A stretch of 64,000 bases of DNA from an uncultured Ignavibacteria bacterium (GTDB lineage: Bacteria; Bacteroidota; Ignavibacteria; UBA10030; SZUA-254), in assembly GCA_963724215.1 (NCBI GenBank), contig CAVRTZ010000026.1:11960-75959 (forward strand), given 5' to 3'. The translations under genes were made by a program, and so were the position numbers. Shown here in pieces: positions 40,501 through 50,114 of this stretch (position 1 is its first letter; each line of letters begins with the position of its first letter). The notes beneath the pieces are model-generated. The model worked only from the letters and a program-made list of their open reading frames with translations. It did no database searches and had not been told where the DNA came from.

Positions 40501-41244
40501 CGAGACCGCCCACGATCCGCCGGCGTCGGTCGACCGGTAAACGCCCTCGCTGGTGGCGGCGAACACCGTCGCCGGGTTGAGGGGGTTGATGACGATTTCC
40601 TGCACGGCGGTGATGTTCTGGAACGACCAGCTCAGGCCCGTGGTGTCCCAGCTGGAACCGCCGTCGGTCGATTTGAGGATCCCCATTCCGTAGGACGACC
40701 GGGCGCCGAGCGTTCCCACGAGGGGCCTGACATAGCGGCTGATCTCGCCGGTCCCGATGTACATGGTGTCGGGGTGGAGCTCGTCGATCGCGATGGCGCT
40801 GATGGAAAGGGCCGGGTAGCCCGTGGGGACGTACGACCAGGGGTTCACGCCGGTGCCCCCGGTGACGCTCTTCCAGAGGCCGCCGCTCGCCGAGCCGGCG
40901 AACACGGTGCTCGTCTGGTAGGGATGGACGGCGATCGCGAGGACGCGGCCGCCGATGTTGTCGGGCCCGATTGACTCCCAGGCGGTGGTGTTGGAGGAGA
41001 TGCCGGCGTCCCGGCCTTTCGCGGCCCGAATCCTCCGTTGTTCGTCGTAGGCCCTTCTCAGGGCTTTCGGCGGGATGAACGCGTTGGGATAGGCCCGCTG
41101 CGTGTACCACCACTCGAACGCCTTCCACGCACCGCCCTGCGGCGCCGCGGCCGGCTCAGGGACGGTCGGAGCGTTCACCTGGATGATCAGCGCAAGAAAA
41201 AAAATGGCGAGGGACAGGGCCCCCGCTGCCAGTCCTGATTTCAT
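37597..41244 (-). CDS. T9SS cargo protein with BNR/Asp-box beta-propeller repeats (sortilin/GH74-like) and the shared C-terminal cassette
   Basis: The ATG at 41244 gives MKSGLAAGALSLAIFFLALIIQVNA. At least 10 Asp-box motifs are present (STDGGSSWDT, STDAGGSWAV, TFDGGGSWTKL, STDGGLSWAL, TTNQGGSWSA, SSNGGGAWTNV, TTNLGASWTDV, SSDGGANWSA, SSNGGAGWSL...). The C-terminus is LAQNYPNPFNPVTTIAYSLP...GIYYYRLTFDGRSHTGKMLLLK. Confidence 0.75.
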   Translation of the reverse strand: MKSGLAAGALSLAIFFLALIIQVNAPTVPEPAAAPQGGAWKAFEWWYTQRAYPNAFIPPKALRRAYDEQRRIRAAKGRDAGISSNTTAWESIGPDNIGGRVLAIAVHPYQTSTVFAGSASGGLWKSVTGGTGVNPWSYVPTGYPALSISAIAIDELHPDTMYIGTGEISRYVRPLVGTLGARSSYGMGILKSTDGGSSWDTTGLSWSFQNITAVQEIVINPLNPATVFAATSEGVYRSTDAGGSWAVSNPELMAMDLVINPADTTILISSHGNLNSTANPGLYMTFDGGGSWTKLEGGLPSSNFGRASLSISRSNPDVVYAGVSNGSSSQIIGLYKSTDGGLSWALKSSTNYVGSQGWYDNVVAVHPSDPATVYCAGFDIHKTSNSGTNLPAISSGSVHVDHHAITFDPSDPGTVYFGTDGGMYKTTDNGTTFINLNAGFLTTQFYPGFANAADDSTIALGGLQDNGTLKYVGGPSWIPVWGGDGGWCAIDPTNKNTVYAETQYGRIVRSYLGGSSFSQVTVGLPGSQSDWNFIPPFVISPSEPQVLYAGSRNVYKTTNQGGSWSAANGAPSLNGTTVACIGVSWTSSDTLLAGTGSGAFGGNPLFQIFSSSNGGGAWTNVTGPLPNRYPTDIEFDPSDSRRAYLTYSGYGTPHVFRTTNLGASWTDVSANLPDLPHQCIAVDPVYPEYLYVGTDLGIFQSSDGGANWSAYAEGMPDAMVLDLTVSRGNDALRAATFGNGVYQRRLPRFSALSLIYPVGNEVLVAGQVERIRWSQEYTSLVRIEFSSNGGAGWSLIADNVAAAAGHFDWTVPAIDTDEGVVKISNAAGGSPADSGLAPFTIVVDPDLLGGWNMVSVPVRPDDFLKDSLFPTSVSRAYAYANGYSVRDTLSNGISFWLKFNGPEFTDLTGESVLTDSVNLLPGWNMIGSISHPVPVDGVIERPPGLLSSLIYGYRKGYTVADTIIPGRGYWVKAGSAGSIVLSSVGFPGTTLGPGRAPAPEMNSITMTDAAGYSQRLYFSSGPAPDRRFTMELPPGAPGGAADIRFASGGIAEFFNGDDTNPGRRKILLHRLSAPVRLAWSVGEPGSGYFLLDGDRFLADLTGQGTILLEAAPEGMTLGRGVKDGGGAPGEFRLAQNYPNPFNPVTTIAYSLPRAARVRLSVHDNLGREVAVLADEPEAAGEHSHSWNASSRASGIYYYRLTFDGRSHTGKMLLLK

Positions 41245-41380
41245 GAAAGGGTGAATGACACAAGATGATCGGTCTACCTGCAAATATATCCTCTCCACGC
41301 CCCAAAGTCAATACGCCCGCCTTGCATAAAACCATTATTCTTTCTAATTTTACGTATATTTCTATCGCAATTTGCTTGCC

Positions 41381-41674
41381 ATGACCACCGGAACGCCTGA
41401 TCAGCACGTCTCTTTGGAGTCGGACGACGACACCGACGTCCTGGTGCAGACCCCCGCCAAGGTGATCCTGTTCAACGATGAATTGCACACCTTCGAGGAA
41501 GTGATCGGCCAGATCATCAAGGCGACCGGTTGCGACCTGACGAAAGCCGAGGCCCTCACCTGGGAGGTGCACCACAGCGGGAAGGCCATGGTCTTCGAGG
41601 GGGAGATGCGCAACTGCGTGCGGGTCAGCGCGGTCCTCGAAGAGATCGACCTGACCACGCAGATCGAAGTCTGA
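41381..41674 (+). CDS. clpS: ATP-dependent Clp protease adaptor ClpS
   Basis: ...KVILFNDELHTFEEVIGQIIKATGCDLTKAEALTWEVHHSGKAMVFEGEMRNCVRVSAVLEEIDL. The ATG at 41381 is preferred over the track's TTG at 41372. Confidence 0.85.
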   Translation: MTTGTPDQHVSLESDDDTDVLVQTPAKVILFNDELHTFEEVIGQIIKATGCDLTKAEALTWEVHHSGKAMVFEGEMRNCVRVSAVLEEIDLTTQIEV

Positions 41675-41698
41675 ATCACGCGCGTACCCGACAATCCG

Positions 41699-44482
41699 AT
41701 GACATCTCACGACATCAGGACATCGTTCCTGGAATTCTTCAAAACGCGGGGGCACAGCATCGTCCCGAGCGCCCCGGTCATCCCCGCCGGGGACCCGACC
41801 CTCCTGTTCACGAACGCGGGGATGAACCAGTTCAAGGACGTCTTCCTCGGCACGGGGACGCGACCCTTCGTCCGGGCCGCGGATTCCCAGAAGTGCATCC
41901 GGGTGAGCGGCAAGCACAACGACCTCGAGGAGGTGGGACGGGACACCTATCACCACACCTTCTTCGAGATGCTCGGCAACTGGTCGTTCGGCGATTACTA
42001 CAAGGAGGAGGCGATCGCGTGGGCGTGGGAACTCCTGACGCGCGAGTGGGGCCTCGATCCGGCCCGGCTCTACGCGACCGTCTACGAAACGGACGACGAG
42101 GCCGGGGAGATCTGGCGCGGCCAGAAGGGCATGGACGCGGGCCGCATCCTGCGGTTCGGCAGGAAGGACAATTTCTGGGAAATGGGGGAGACCGGCCCCT
42201 GCGGCCCCTGTTCGGAGATCCACGTGGACCTGACACCGGACGGGACCGGCGGCACGCTGGTGAACAGGGGCGATCCCCGGGTGATGGAGATCTGGAACCT
42301 CGTCTTCATCCAGTACGACCGCGACGAGAAGGGCGCCCTGTCGCCGCTGCCGGCGAAGCATGTGGATACCGGAATGGGTTTCGAGCGGATTTCGGCGGTC
42401 CTCCAGAAAAAACATTCGAACTACGACACGGACCTCTTCATGCCGATCATCGACGGCATCGCCGCCATGGCCGGCCGTCGGTACACCGGGTCCGCCGACG
42501 GGGCGTCGGACGTCGCGATGCGGGTCATCGCCGACCACGCCAGGATGCTCACCTTCGCGATCGCCGACGGCGGGATCCCCTCGAACGAGGGGCGAGGGTA
42601 CGTCATCCGGCGGATCCTCCGCCGCGCGTCCCGCTTCGGGCGAAACCTCGGGCTTCGCGAACCCTTCCTCCACCGCGTGGTTCCGTTCGTCACCGGCGTC
42701 CTCGGGGGACACTACCCCGAAATCGCCAGCCGGCAGGAGCACTGCCGGAACATCGTCCGGATCGAGGAGGAGGGTTTCAACGTCACGCTCGACCGGGGGC
42801 TCGAAATTTTCGAGTCCGTGGCGGGACGTCCGGGGGCCGGCGGGGAATTTCCCGCCGCGGAGGCCTTCAAGCTCTATGATACGTACGGGTTCCCGTTCGA
42901 CCTCACCAGGCTGATCGCCGCGGAAAAGGGACTCACCGTGGACGAGGATCAGTTCACCGCCCTCATGGAAAAGCAGAAGGCGCAGTCACGGTCCGGCCGG
43001 GCGGGACGATCGGACCGCGCCGGGGAGCGTCCCCGGGGGGTCGGCCTTCTCCACGACGGCGAGAGCGCGCGGCACCTCGAGGTCCCCGCGGCGGGCGTGA
43101 AAACGGAATTCACCGGGTACGAACGGATCGACGGGAGCGCGACGGTGACGGCCGCCGACCGTAACGCGGTGGTGGTGGCGGCGACGCCCTTCTACGCCGA
43201 GTCCGGCGGGCAGGTCGGCGACAGCGGCATCCTCATCGGCGGCGGTGAATCGTACGCCGTGGTGGACACCCAGAAGTCGGGAGACCTGATCGTGCACGTC
43301 CTCGACCGGCCGTGCCCGTTGCGGCCCGGCGAAACGGTCGAGCTCCGCGTGGACGGGCACCGGCGGGCCGAAACGGCGTCGAACCACACCGCGACCCACC
43401 TCGTCCACGAGGCGCTCAGGAGGGTGCTCGGCGCTCAGCTTCACCAGCAGGGGTCCCTCGTCGCCCCCGAGAGGCTCCGGTTCGATTTCAACCAGCCCGA
43501 CAAGATCCCCGCCGACAGGATCCGGGCGATCGAGGACATCGTCAACGAGAAGATCGCGCTCGGCATCCCGGTCCACGCCCTCAACGATCCGAAGGAATGG
43601 CTCACCATCGAGGAGGCGAAACGTCGCTACCCGAACGTGAAGATGTACTTCGGCGAAAAATACGGGCACAGGGTCCGGATCGTCGAGATCGATCCCGCCT
43701 TTTCCGTCGAACTCTGCGGCGGGACACACTCCCCGTCGACGAGCGCCCTCGGATTTTTCAAGATCGTTTCGGAGTCCGGCATTTCGAGCGGCGTACGCCG
43801 CATCGAGGCGGTGACGGGGCAGGGGTTCGGGGAATATCTCGAGGCGAGGATCGCCGAATCGGGTATGCTCGACCGGCAGCTCGAGACCCTCCTCGCGGAG
43901 CGCGACGACCTGCTCCGGCAGCTGGAGCGGGCGGCGGCCCCCGGCGACCCCGCTCCCGCCCCGGTCGCCCGGTCGGCCGACTCGATCGCGGCGTGCGACC
44001 TGATCGAGGCCGGCCGGCAGGCCCGGCAGGACGCGATCGACCGCGCGGTCCGCGAAACCCAGGCGATGAAAAAGGAACTGAGCCGCAAGCTCGTGAACAA
44101 CGCCGCCTCCGGCCTCGACGCGCTGCTCGAGCGGAGCGTCGCGTGCGACGGATTCAAGGTTGTGTTCGATCGCGTCGACACGCCGGACATGGAGGCGCTC
44201 AAGGACCTCGGCGACCGCCTCCGGGAGAGGATCGGTTCGGGCGTCGGCGTGCTCGGCGCCGTCATCGGCGACAAGGTCGCCCTCGTGTGCGTCGTGACGG
44301 ACGACCTCGTGGCGGGGAGGAAACTCTCCGCCGGCAAGATCGTCGGCGCCATCGCCAGGATCGTCGGGGGCGGCGGGGGCGGGAGGGACCACATGGCGAC
44401 GGCGGGCGGCAAGGACCCGGGGAAACTCTCCGAGGCGCTTCAATCCACCCCGGGCGTCGTCGCGTCGATGATCGGCCGCTAG
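41699..44482 (+). CDS. alaS: Alanine--tRNA ligase
   Basis: Intact 927-aa ORF: IRTSFLEFFKTRGHSIVPSAPV...FTNAGMNQFKD...RVSGKHNDLEEVG.DTYHHTFFEMLGNWSFGDYYK...GPCGPCSEIH..., editing-domain HTATHL...CGGTH, and a C-terminal DHHA1-like GGGGGRDHMATAGG. Confidence 0.95.
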   Translation: MTSHDIRTSFLEFFKTRGHSIVPSAPVIPAGDPTLLFTNAGMNQFKDVFLGTGTRPFVRAADSQKCIRVSGKHNDLEEVGRDTYHHTFFEMLGNWSFGDYYKEEAIAWAWELLTREWGLDPARLYATVYETDDEAGEIWRGQKGMDAGRILRFGRKDNFWEMGETGPCGPCSEIHVDLTPDGTGGTLVNRGDPRVMEIWNLVFIQYDRDEKGALSPLPAKHVDTGMGFERISAVLQKKHSNYDTDLFMPIIDGIAAMAGRRYTGSADGASDVAMRVIADHARMLTFAIADGGIPSNEGRGYVIRRILRRASRFGRNLGLREPFLHRVVPFVTGVLGGHYPEIASRQEHCRNIVRIEEEGFNVTLDRGLEIFESVAGRPGAGGEFPAAEAFKLYDTYGFPFDLTRLIAAEKGLTVDEDQFTALMEKQKAQSRSGRAGRSDRAGERPRGVGLLHDGESARHLEVPAAGVKTEFTGYERIDGSATVTAADRNAVVVAATPFYAESGGQVGDSGILIGGGESYAVVDTQKSGDLIVHVLDRPCPLRPGETVELRVDGHRRAETASNHTATHLVHEALRRVLGAQLHQQGSLVAPERLRFDFNQPDKIPADRIRAIEDIVNEKIALGIPVHALNDPKEWLTIEEAKRRYPNVKMYFGEKYGHRVRIVEIDPAFSVELCGGTHSPSTSALGFFKIVSESGISSGVRRIEAVTGQGFGEYLEARIAESGMLDRQLETLLAERDDLLRQLERAAAPGDPAPAPVARSADSIAACDLIEAGRQARQDAIDRAVRETQAMKKELSRKLVNNAASGLDALLERSVACDGFKVVFDRVDTPDMEALKDLGDRLRERIGSGVGVLGAVIGDKVALVCVVTDDLVAGRKLSAGKIVGAIARIVGGGGGGRDHMATAGGKDPGKLSEALQSTPGVVASMIGR

Positions 44483-44528
44483 GCGACGGGCCGGCCGGCC
44501 CTTTCCGGCCACAGACGAAGGAGCATTC

Positions 44529-45113
44529 ATGGACATGGAGTTCATCAGGCGACAGCTGGCGGAGAGCGCCGCCGTCAAACAGAAGATCGCTGCCGAATGC
44601 AGCGCGCAGATCCGCGACGCGATCGACGTCCTGCTGCGCGGCTTCCGCGCCGGCAACAAGCTCCTGCTCTGCGGGAACGGGGGCAGCGCGGCCGACGCCC
44701 AGCACATCGCCGCCGAGCTGGTCGTCCGCATGAGCATGGCGGGCCGGCCGGCGCTCCCGGCCATCGCCCTGACCACCGACAGTTCCCTCCTGACGGCGGG
44801 CGGCAACGACATCGGGTTCGACAACGTGTTCGCGCGTCAGGTCGAGGCGCTCGGGGCGCCCGGGGATGTCCTCCTCGCCATCAGCACGAGCGGCAATTCG
44901 GAAAACGTCGTGAGAGCCGCCGCCGCAGCGAAGGCGCGCGGGATGAAGGTCGTCGGATTCCTCGGCCGTGGCGGGGGAAGGCTCGCGCCGATGATGGACG
45001 TCGCCGTCGTGGTCCCCTCGGACGACACGCAGCGGATCCAGGAGGGTCACATCACCATCGCCCACATCCTCTGCGGCGCCATCGAAGAAACGATGTTCGG
45101 CGTCCGGGCGTGA
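44529..45113 (+). CDS. gmhA: SIS-domain phosphoheptose isomerase (GmhA/DiaA family)
   Basis: 194-aa ORF: LLLCGNGGSAADAQHIAAELV...ALPAIALTTDSSLLTAGGNDIGFDNVFARQVEALG.PGDVLLAISTSGNSENV...QEGHITIAHILC. Confidence 0.75.
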   Translation: MDMEFIRRQLAESAAVKQKIAAECSAQIRDAIDVLLRGFRAGNKLLLCGNGGSAADAQHIAAELVVRMSMAGRPALPAIALTTDSSLLTAGGNDIGFDNVFARQVEALGAPGDVLLAISTSGNSENVVRAAAAAKARGMKVVGFLGRGGGRLAPMMDVAVVVPSDDTQRIQEGHITIAHILCGAIEETMFGVRA

Positions 45114-45388
45114 TCACGCTCTTCATCTTCTACCTCCATACGGTGGCCGCCGTGACGCTCTTTACGGCCACCTGGCAGGAGGAGGGGCTCAAGGGGGGAT
45201 TGGCCGCGGTGGGTTTCCTGGCCCTGATCTTCACCGTGGGCTGGCCGATGGCGACGATCATCCTCACGCTCTTCGTGCCGCCCGGCGGCATGGGGCCGTG
45301 GCTCGATCGCGACACACTCTCGCTGATCCTGCTCACGGCGGTCGAGGCGACCGGGTATTACCTCTACCTCGGCAGAAAATCCGCGTGA
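45110..45388 (+). CDS. Small hypothetical membrane protein (92 aa)
   Basis: A GTG overlaps the gmhA stop (GTGA). It encodes three predicted TM segments ([63 protein letters not shown]). It is the 3' part of track ORF 44597-45388, whose upstream part is out of frame with gmhA. No homology evidence. Confidence 0.35.
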   Translation: MITLFIFYLHTVAAVTLFTATWQEEGLKGGLAAVGFLALIFTVGWPMATIILTLFVPPGGMGPWLDRDTLSLILLTAVEATGYYLYLGRKSA

Positions 45389-46410
45389 TCTGACGATGGG
45401 GGAGGGCTCCGCGGCTCGAGCCTGACGCTGCGGTAGACCCCGTCCACGGTGCCGGCGAACACCGTCCCGGTTTCATTGATCGCGAGCGCGCGGACCTCCT
45501 GCGACCCCAGGCCCGTGTCCAGTTTCATCCACTGCAGGCCGGCGTCGGTGGAGAGGTAGACTCCCGTTCCCGTCCCCGCGAAGATTTCCCCGAACTGGCT
45601 CGTCCTGAACGCGTTCACCTCCCGGCTGATGCTCCCGGCCCCGGTGTTCTGCCAGAAGACCGTGTCGAACGGGGACCTGTAGACACCGCTCGACCGCGTG
45701 CCGGCGAAGAGATACCCGGACGAGCCCGAGTAGATCGCGTTGACGTACAGGTCCTGGAGCCCCGCGTTCACCGCCTCCGTCGAACCGCCCTGCACGCCGA
45801 AACGCACCACACCCCCGCTCCAGACCCCGGCATAAATTTCCGACGTCGACATCACCAGGAGGGAGGTCACGGGACGGGTGGCGGAGAAGATTCTCGACCA
45901 GAGCGAGTCGCCTCCCCCGGTGACGCACAGGTCGCCCCGGGCGCTCCCGGCGACGAGGCCGCCGCTCGGGAGGTAGGCCAGCGCGTAGATGGCCGTGTCG
46001 GTGAGGCCTTCGTTCATCTCCGACCAGGTCGCGCCGCCGTCGTTCGAGACCAGGACGCCGTGGACGTCGTTGGCCAGGAAGATCCGCCGGAGGGGATCGA
46101 CGATGATCGCCGTGATCGCCCCGTCCGTGACAGGGAGGTCCATCCTGGCCCAGTCGCCGCCGTCCGTGACGGAGCGGAAGAGCCTGCCGCTCTCGGCGCC
46201 CGCATACAGGATGCCCAGCGGGTCCACCCTCAGGGCGAGGATCGCCTCCCCGTCCGGTCCGCCGGTCCGTTCCCAGACGATCGGCGCACCCGACCCGGGC
46301 GGGGGGGTGTCGTCATACTCGACGATCTCCCTGCACGAGGTGAACGCGGCGGAGATACAACAGGCGAGGACAACCGCCGGCCACGGCCGGAGTCTTACCG
46401 GCCTTTCCAT
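45364..46410 (-). CDS. BNR/Asp-box beta-propeller lipoprotein (Ycf48-like)
   Basis: The ATG at 46410 gives [26 protein letters not shown] (lipobox). Asp-box-like motifs are [22 protein letters not shown] and [11 protein letters not shown]. It appears in the track only as the C-terminal two-thirds of a spurious 600-aa fusion ORF. Confidence 0.65.
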   Translation of the reverse strand: MERPVRLRPWPAVVLACCISAAFTSCREIVEYDDTPPPGSGAPIVWERTGGPDGEAILALRVDPLGILYAGAESGRLFRSVTDGGDWARMDLPVTDGAITAIIVDPLRRIFLANDVHGVLVSNDGGATWSEMNEGLTDTAIYALAYLPSGGLVAGSARGDLCVTGGGDSLWSRIFSATRPVTSLLVMSTSEIYAGVWSGGVVRFGVQGGSTEAVNAGLQDLYVNAIYSGSSGYLFAGTRSSGVYRSPFDTVFWQNTGAGSISREVNAFRTSQFGEIFAGTGTGVYLSTDAGLQWMKLDTGLGSQEVRALAINETGTVFAGTVDGVYRSVRLEPRSPPPSSDHADFLPR

Positions 46411-47166
46411 TCCGGTTTTCTCTTTTCCACGAACGCCTTCATCCCCTCCTTCTGGTCCTCCGAGGCGAACAGGAGGTAGAAGTTCTTCCTCTCGAACTCG
46501 AGGCCCCCCTCGATCGTCGTGTCGAACGATTTCAGCACGGCTTCCTTGGCGAGCCGCACGGCGACGGGAGGCTTGTCGGCGATCGCGCGCGCCGAGGGAC
46601 TGCGCCTCCGCGAGATACGCCTCGACGGGCACGACCCTGTTCACCAGGCCGGCGGACAATGCGTCCCGGGCGTCGATCATCGTCCCGGTCAGGACCATTT
46701 CCATCGCCCGGGCCTTGCCCACCGCGCGCGTGAGGCGCTGCGTCCCCCCGGCCCCCGGCATCACCCCGATCCCGATCTCGGGTTGACCGAACCGGGCGGT
46801 TTCCGAGGCGACGATGATGTCGCACATCATCGCGAGCTCACACCCGCCGCCGAGGGCGAAGCCGCTCACCGCGGCGATGAGCGGTTTCCGTATCCGGCGG
46901 ATCCGGTCCCACCGGGCGAACTGATCGCGCAGGAGCATGTCGATGGCCGAGGCGTCGGCCATCTCCCTGATGTCGGCGCCCGCGGCGAACGCCTTCGCGT
47001 TCCCGGTGATGACGATCGCGCGGACCGCGTCGTCCGCGTCGGCGGCCTCGAGCGCCTCCACGAGCTCCCGCATCAGGGCGATGTTCAGGGCGTTGAGGAC
47101 GTCGGGCCGGTTCAGCTGGAGCGTCACGACGGGGGGCGCGGAATGGAGGAGGAGGTTCTGGTACAT
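46395..47166 (-). pseudogene. Enoyl-CoA hydratase (crotonase family), one frameshift as assembled
   Basis: [28 protein letters not shown]...[17 protein letters not shown]...[68 protein letters not shown]...[13 protein letters not shown]. After a shift inside the (GC)n run at 46578-46596 it continues [62 protein letters not shown]. The stop codon is at 46397-46395. Confidence 0.8.
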
Positions 47167-47202
47167 GGTGGTTGCCGTCAGAGTGTGTGAATATTCAAAT
47201 GG

Positions 47203-49115
47203 TTATCGAATTAGCAGAATTTTCCTGGATTCGGAAAACGGCCCCGCCGTCATCCGGACGATGTACGCGCCACTCGGCAGCGCGGGCGCGGAAAAGGTGA
47301 TGGTGTGTTCGCCCGGCCCGTACCGGCCCTCGGCCGGGACCGCGACAGTCCGGCCCGCCATGTCCACGACTGCGAGGCGGAGCCGGGCAGCGACCGGGAG
47401 GGCGAACCTCAGTGAAACGGTCGAGTTGAACGGATTCGGGTACGCCGGATCGAGCCGGTAACCGGAGGGGAGCCGCGCGTCGCCCGGGACGTCGGCGCCG
47501 AGCGTGTCCGTCACGTCGATGGCGAGGGAATCGATGAGCGCCGGGGCGGACCTCCCGTGTTTCTCCCAGGCGGCGTACAGTTTCTCCCCCCAGGCGTTCC
47601 AGTCCATCGGGTTCCCGGCGTTCTCGTCCCTGAGAAACGAGGCATACTCCCGGGACATCGTCTGGTACCAGAGGGTCGCCGTGACGCGCGACGCGCCCTC
47701 CGGGAGCTGGTATTCGCGGTCGTCCCAGTGGGCCCCGTCGGCGTACGAGACGCCGACCGGCGCGGCCAGCCTCTCCGAGAACCCCGCGTTCGTAAATCCC
47801 CGCGGGGGGATCCTGTTGTCGAACAGGATGGTGTCGTTGACCGAAAACAGGAACGTCGGGCCGGGGGAAAGGCCGTGCACGGCGGCCATCGAATCGGTCA
47901 CGCCGTGGACGGCTTCGTAGACCGCGGCGGCGGGGTCCGGGATCAGCGAGGCGCTCGCCGTATCGTAGACGCCCGACCGATAGAGCGTGTCGCCGGCGTC
48001 GTCCACGGCGGTGATGGTGAGCCACATCCTCCTGCCCTCGGGATACCCCGTCGGGAGCTTGTGTCCGGTGAGGTTGGTGATCCGGATCCTGGGCCGTCAC
48101 GCCCCCCGTCATCCCTCGTCGCGTCAGCGCTCAGCATCGCCGCGCGCCGTAGCGTCGCGGCGGCGCGTTCGCTCGCGGCGCGCAGCAGGGAGGAGTCGAG
48201 TCCCGGCCAGAAATCCGGAAGGATGAGGGGGACGAACGTGTTCCCGCCCGTCATATCGTGCGATCGCACGTCTTCGCGTTCGGGCGCCGACGGTATGGAG
48301 GCCGCGAACCCGCCGACGGCAGCCATGTGACAGCCCTGGCAGGTGGCCCCCGGTCCCTCCGAGGAGAAGGAACTCATCAGCCATTCGCTGTAGGTCCGCT
48401 CCAGCGGAGCATACGCGTGGGGCGGGAGGAAGATCCTGTCCTGCCCCTGCGTGTGAAGGGGGTTGCTCACGTCGTGACAGACGCCGCAGAGTGCTCCGGA
48501 GGACTGGAAGGTGTCCTGCATCGCGGCGTGGGGGGCGGGGGAACCTTCGCGCGGTCCCCGCCGCGCGGACGAGGAGGCCTGGACCAGGTGCATGCCGTTG
48601 CCGTAACCCGGCACGGGGAAGACCGTCGCCGGGACGGTGGAATCGGGATGGAGCGGGTCGACCAGGCGGTGGCAGTAGTCGCACTGGACGCCGTCGATGT
48701 CGGTCCCGCGCAGCGCCTGTCCGGAGATGTCCTCGGAGCGTCCGGCGAGCCACCCGGTGGGCGAGTGGCAGCGGATGCAGAACTCGCCGGTATTCTCTCC
48801 GGGCGTCGCGCCATATTTATTCGCGACCGCGAGCGCCGCGTAGAAGACCGGATCGCGCGCGGCGTGAGCCATCATCGACCCCGCCCACTCGTCCTGGATG
48901 GGCACGACGCGCCCGTGATCGGAGGCGTGGCACATCGCGCACGAGGCGGCGCCCCCGGACGCCACGGTGTCCACCGTGCCCGGCTGCGTGCCGGGGAGGA
49001 AGATCAACGATCGTGAAAGCCGGTCGGAATTACCGAGGAGGAGGCAGCCCGAAACGACCAGCACGGCCTTCAATGTCCCCGCCCGTAATCCCCGCCGCGA
49101 GTCGGATCTGCGCAT
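47203..49115 (-). pseudogene. Pentahaem c-type cytochrome with a T9SS C-terminal sorting domain, one frameshift as assembled
   Basis: Five CxxCH motifs are present (CAMCH, CIRCH, CDYCH, CGVCH, CQGCH) in ORF 47943-49115. It continues after a -1 event near 48085 as IRITNLTGHKLPTGYPEGRRMWLTITAVDDAGD... (ORF 47203-48027). That part ends in a Por tail AYPNPFNSTVSLRFALP...GAYIVRMTAGPFSESRKILLIR. Confidence 0.7.
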
Positions 49116-49124
49116 GATGGGCGG

Positions 49125-49979
49125 TCATTTCTTCCCGGCGGGTTTCGGAGACCGGAGTTTCGCGTAGTCGATCGGTCTCTTTTCGTTGAACGCGGTGATC
49201 CCCTCGGCCACCTCCGCGGATCCGGTGTGGACCGTGAGCCAGTCCTTCGCGTGCCCGATGGTCATCCCCCAGGAAAAGTCCTTCCAGAAATTCAGCTGCT
49301 GCTTGGTGTACCGGAGCGACTCGGGGAGCTTGTTGACGAGCTTCTCCGCCATCGCGTTCACGGCGCGGTCCAGCTCCTTCCTGGGGACCGCCTGGTTGAT
49401 CAGGCCCCACTCGACGGCCTTGCGCGCCGGAATCTCCTCGCAGAGGAAGAGGATCTCCCGCGCGCGCCTGTCCCCGACGATGATCGGCAGCCACTGCGTC
49501 GCCCCGGCGGCGGGGACGCTGCCCCGCGCGACCCCGACATGGCGGATGAAGGTGTCGTCGGCGGCGACGGCGAGGTCGCACGACATCTGGAGTTCGTTCC
49601 CGCCCCCGACGGCCATGCCGTTGATCCGCGCGATCGTCGGTTTCCCGATGTTCCGCAGGCGCTCGAACGTCTCGATGAAGACCCCCATCCACTTGTGAAA
49701 ATCGCCCGGTTTCGGAAGAAAATCCTCCTTCCATTCGGTGATGTCCGCCCCGGTGCAGAAGGCCTTCGTCCCCGTGCCCGTGAGGATCACCACCGCCGCT
49801 TCGTCGTCCCAGGCGGCGTTCTCGAATGCCCTGCCGAGTTCGCGCAGCGCTTCGAAATTCAGGGCGTTGTGGACGGCGGGCCGGTTGATCGCGATCGTGA
49901 CGCGGTGGCCGGTCTTCTTATAGACGATATGTTTGAACTTCAGGCCGGTCGCCGGCTTGCCGGAGTATTTGTTCGGCAT
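49125..49979 (-). CDS. Enoyl-CoA hydratase/isomerase family protein (MenB/BadI-like subgroup)
   Basis: The ATG at 49979 gives MPNKYSGKPATGLKFKHIVYKKTGHRVTIAINRPAVHNALN...LTGTGTKAFCTGADI...KPTIARINGMAVGGGNELQMSCDLAVAADDT... Confidence 0.8.
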   Translation of the reverse strand: MPNKYSGKPATGLKFKHIVYKKTGHRVTIAINRPAVHNALNFEALRELGRAFENAAWDDEAAVVILTGTGTKAFCTGADITEWKEDFLPKPGDFHKWMGVFIETFERLRNIGKPTIARINGMAVGGGNELQMSCDLAVAADDTFIRHVGVARGSVPAAGATQWLPIIVGDRRAREILFLCEEIPARKAVEWGLINQAVPRKELDRAVNAMAEKLVNKLPESLRYTKQQLNFWKDFSWGMTIGHAKDWLTVHTGSAEVAEGITAFNEKRPIDYAKLRSPKPAGKK

Positions 49980-50114
49980 CGTTCGTCTCCAGGGGAAAAA
50001 ATGACGGTGATGAAATATAGACACGGTGCCCCTGAGAATCAAGCAGCGCGGCCGCCGGTATCTGGCATCTCGGCGGCAAATTCGCTACTTTCCACCCTCA
50101 CGGAAATCCGATTC

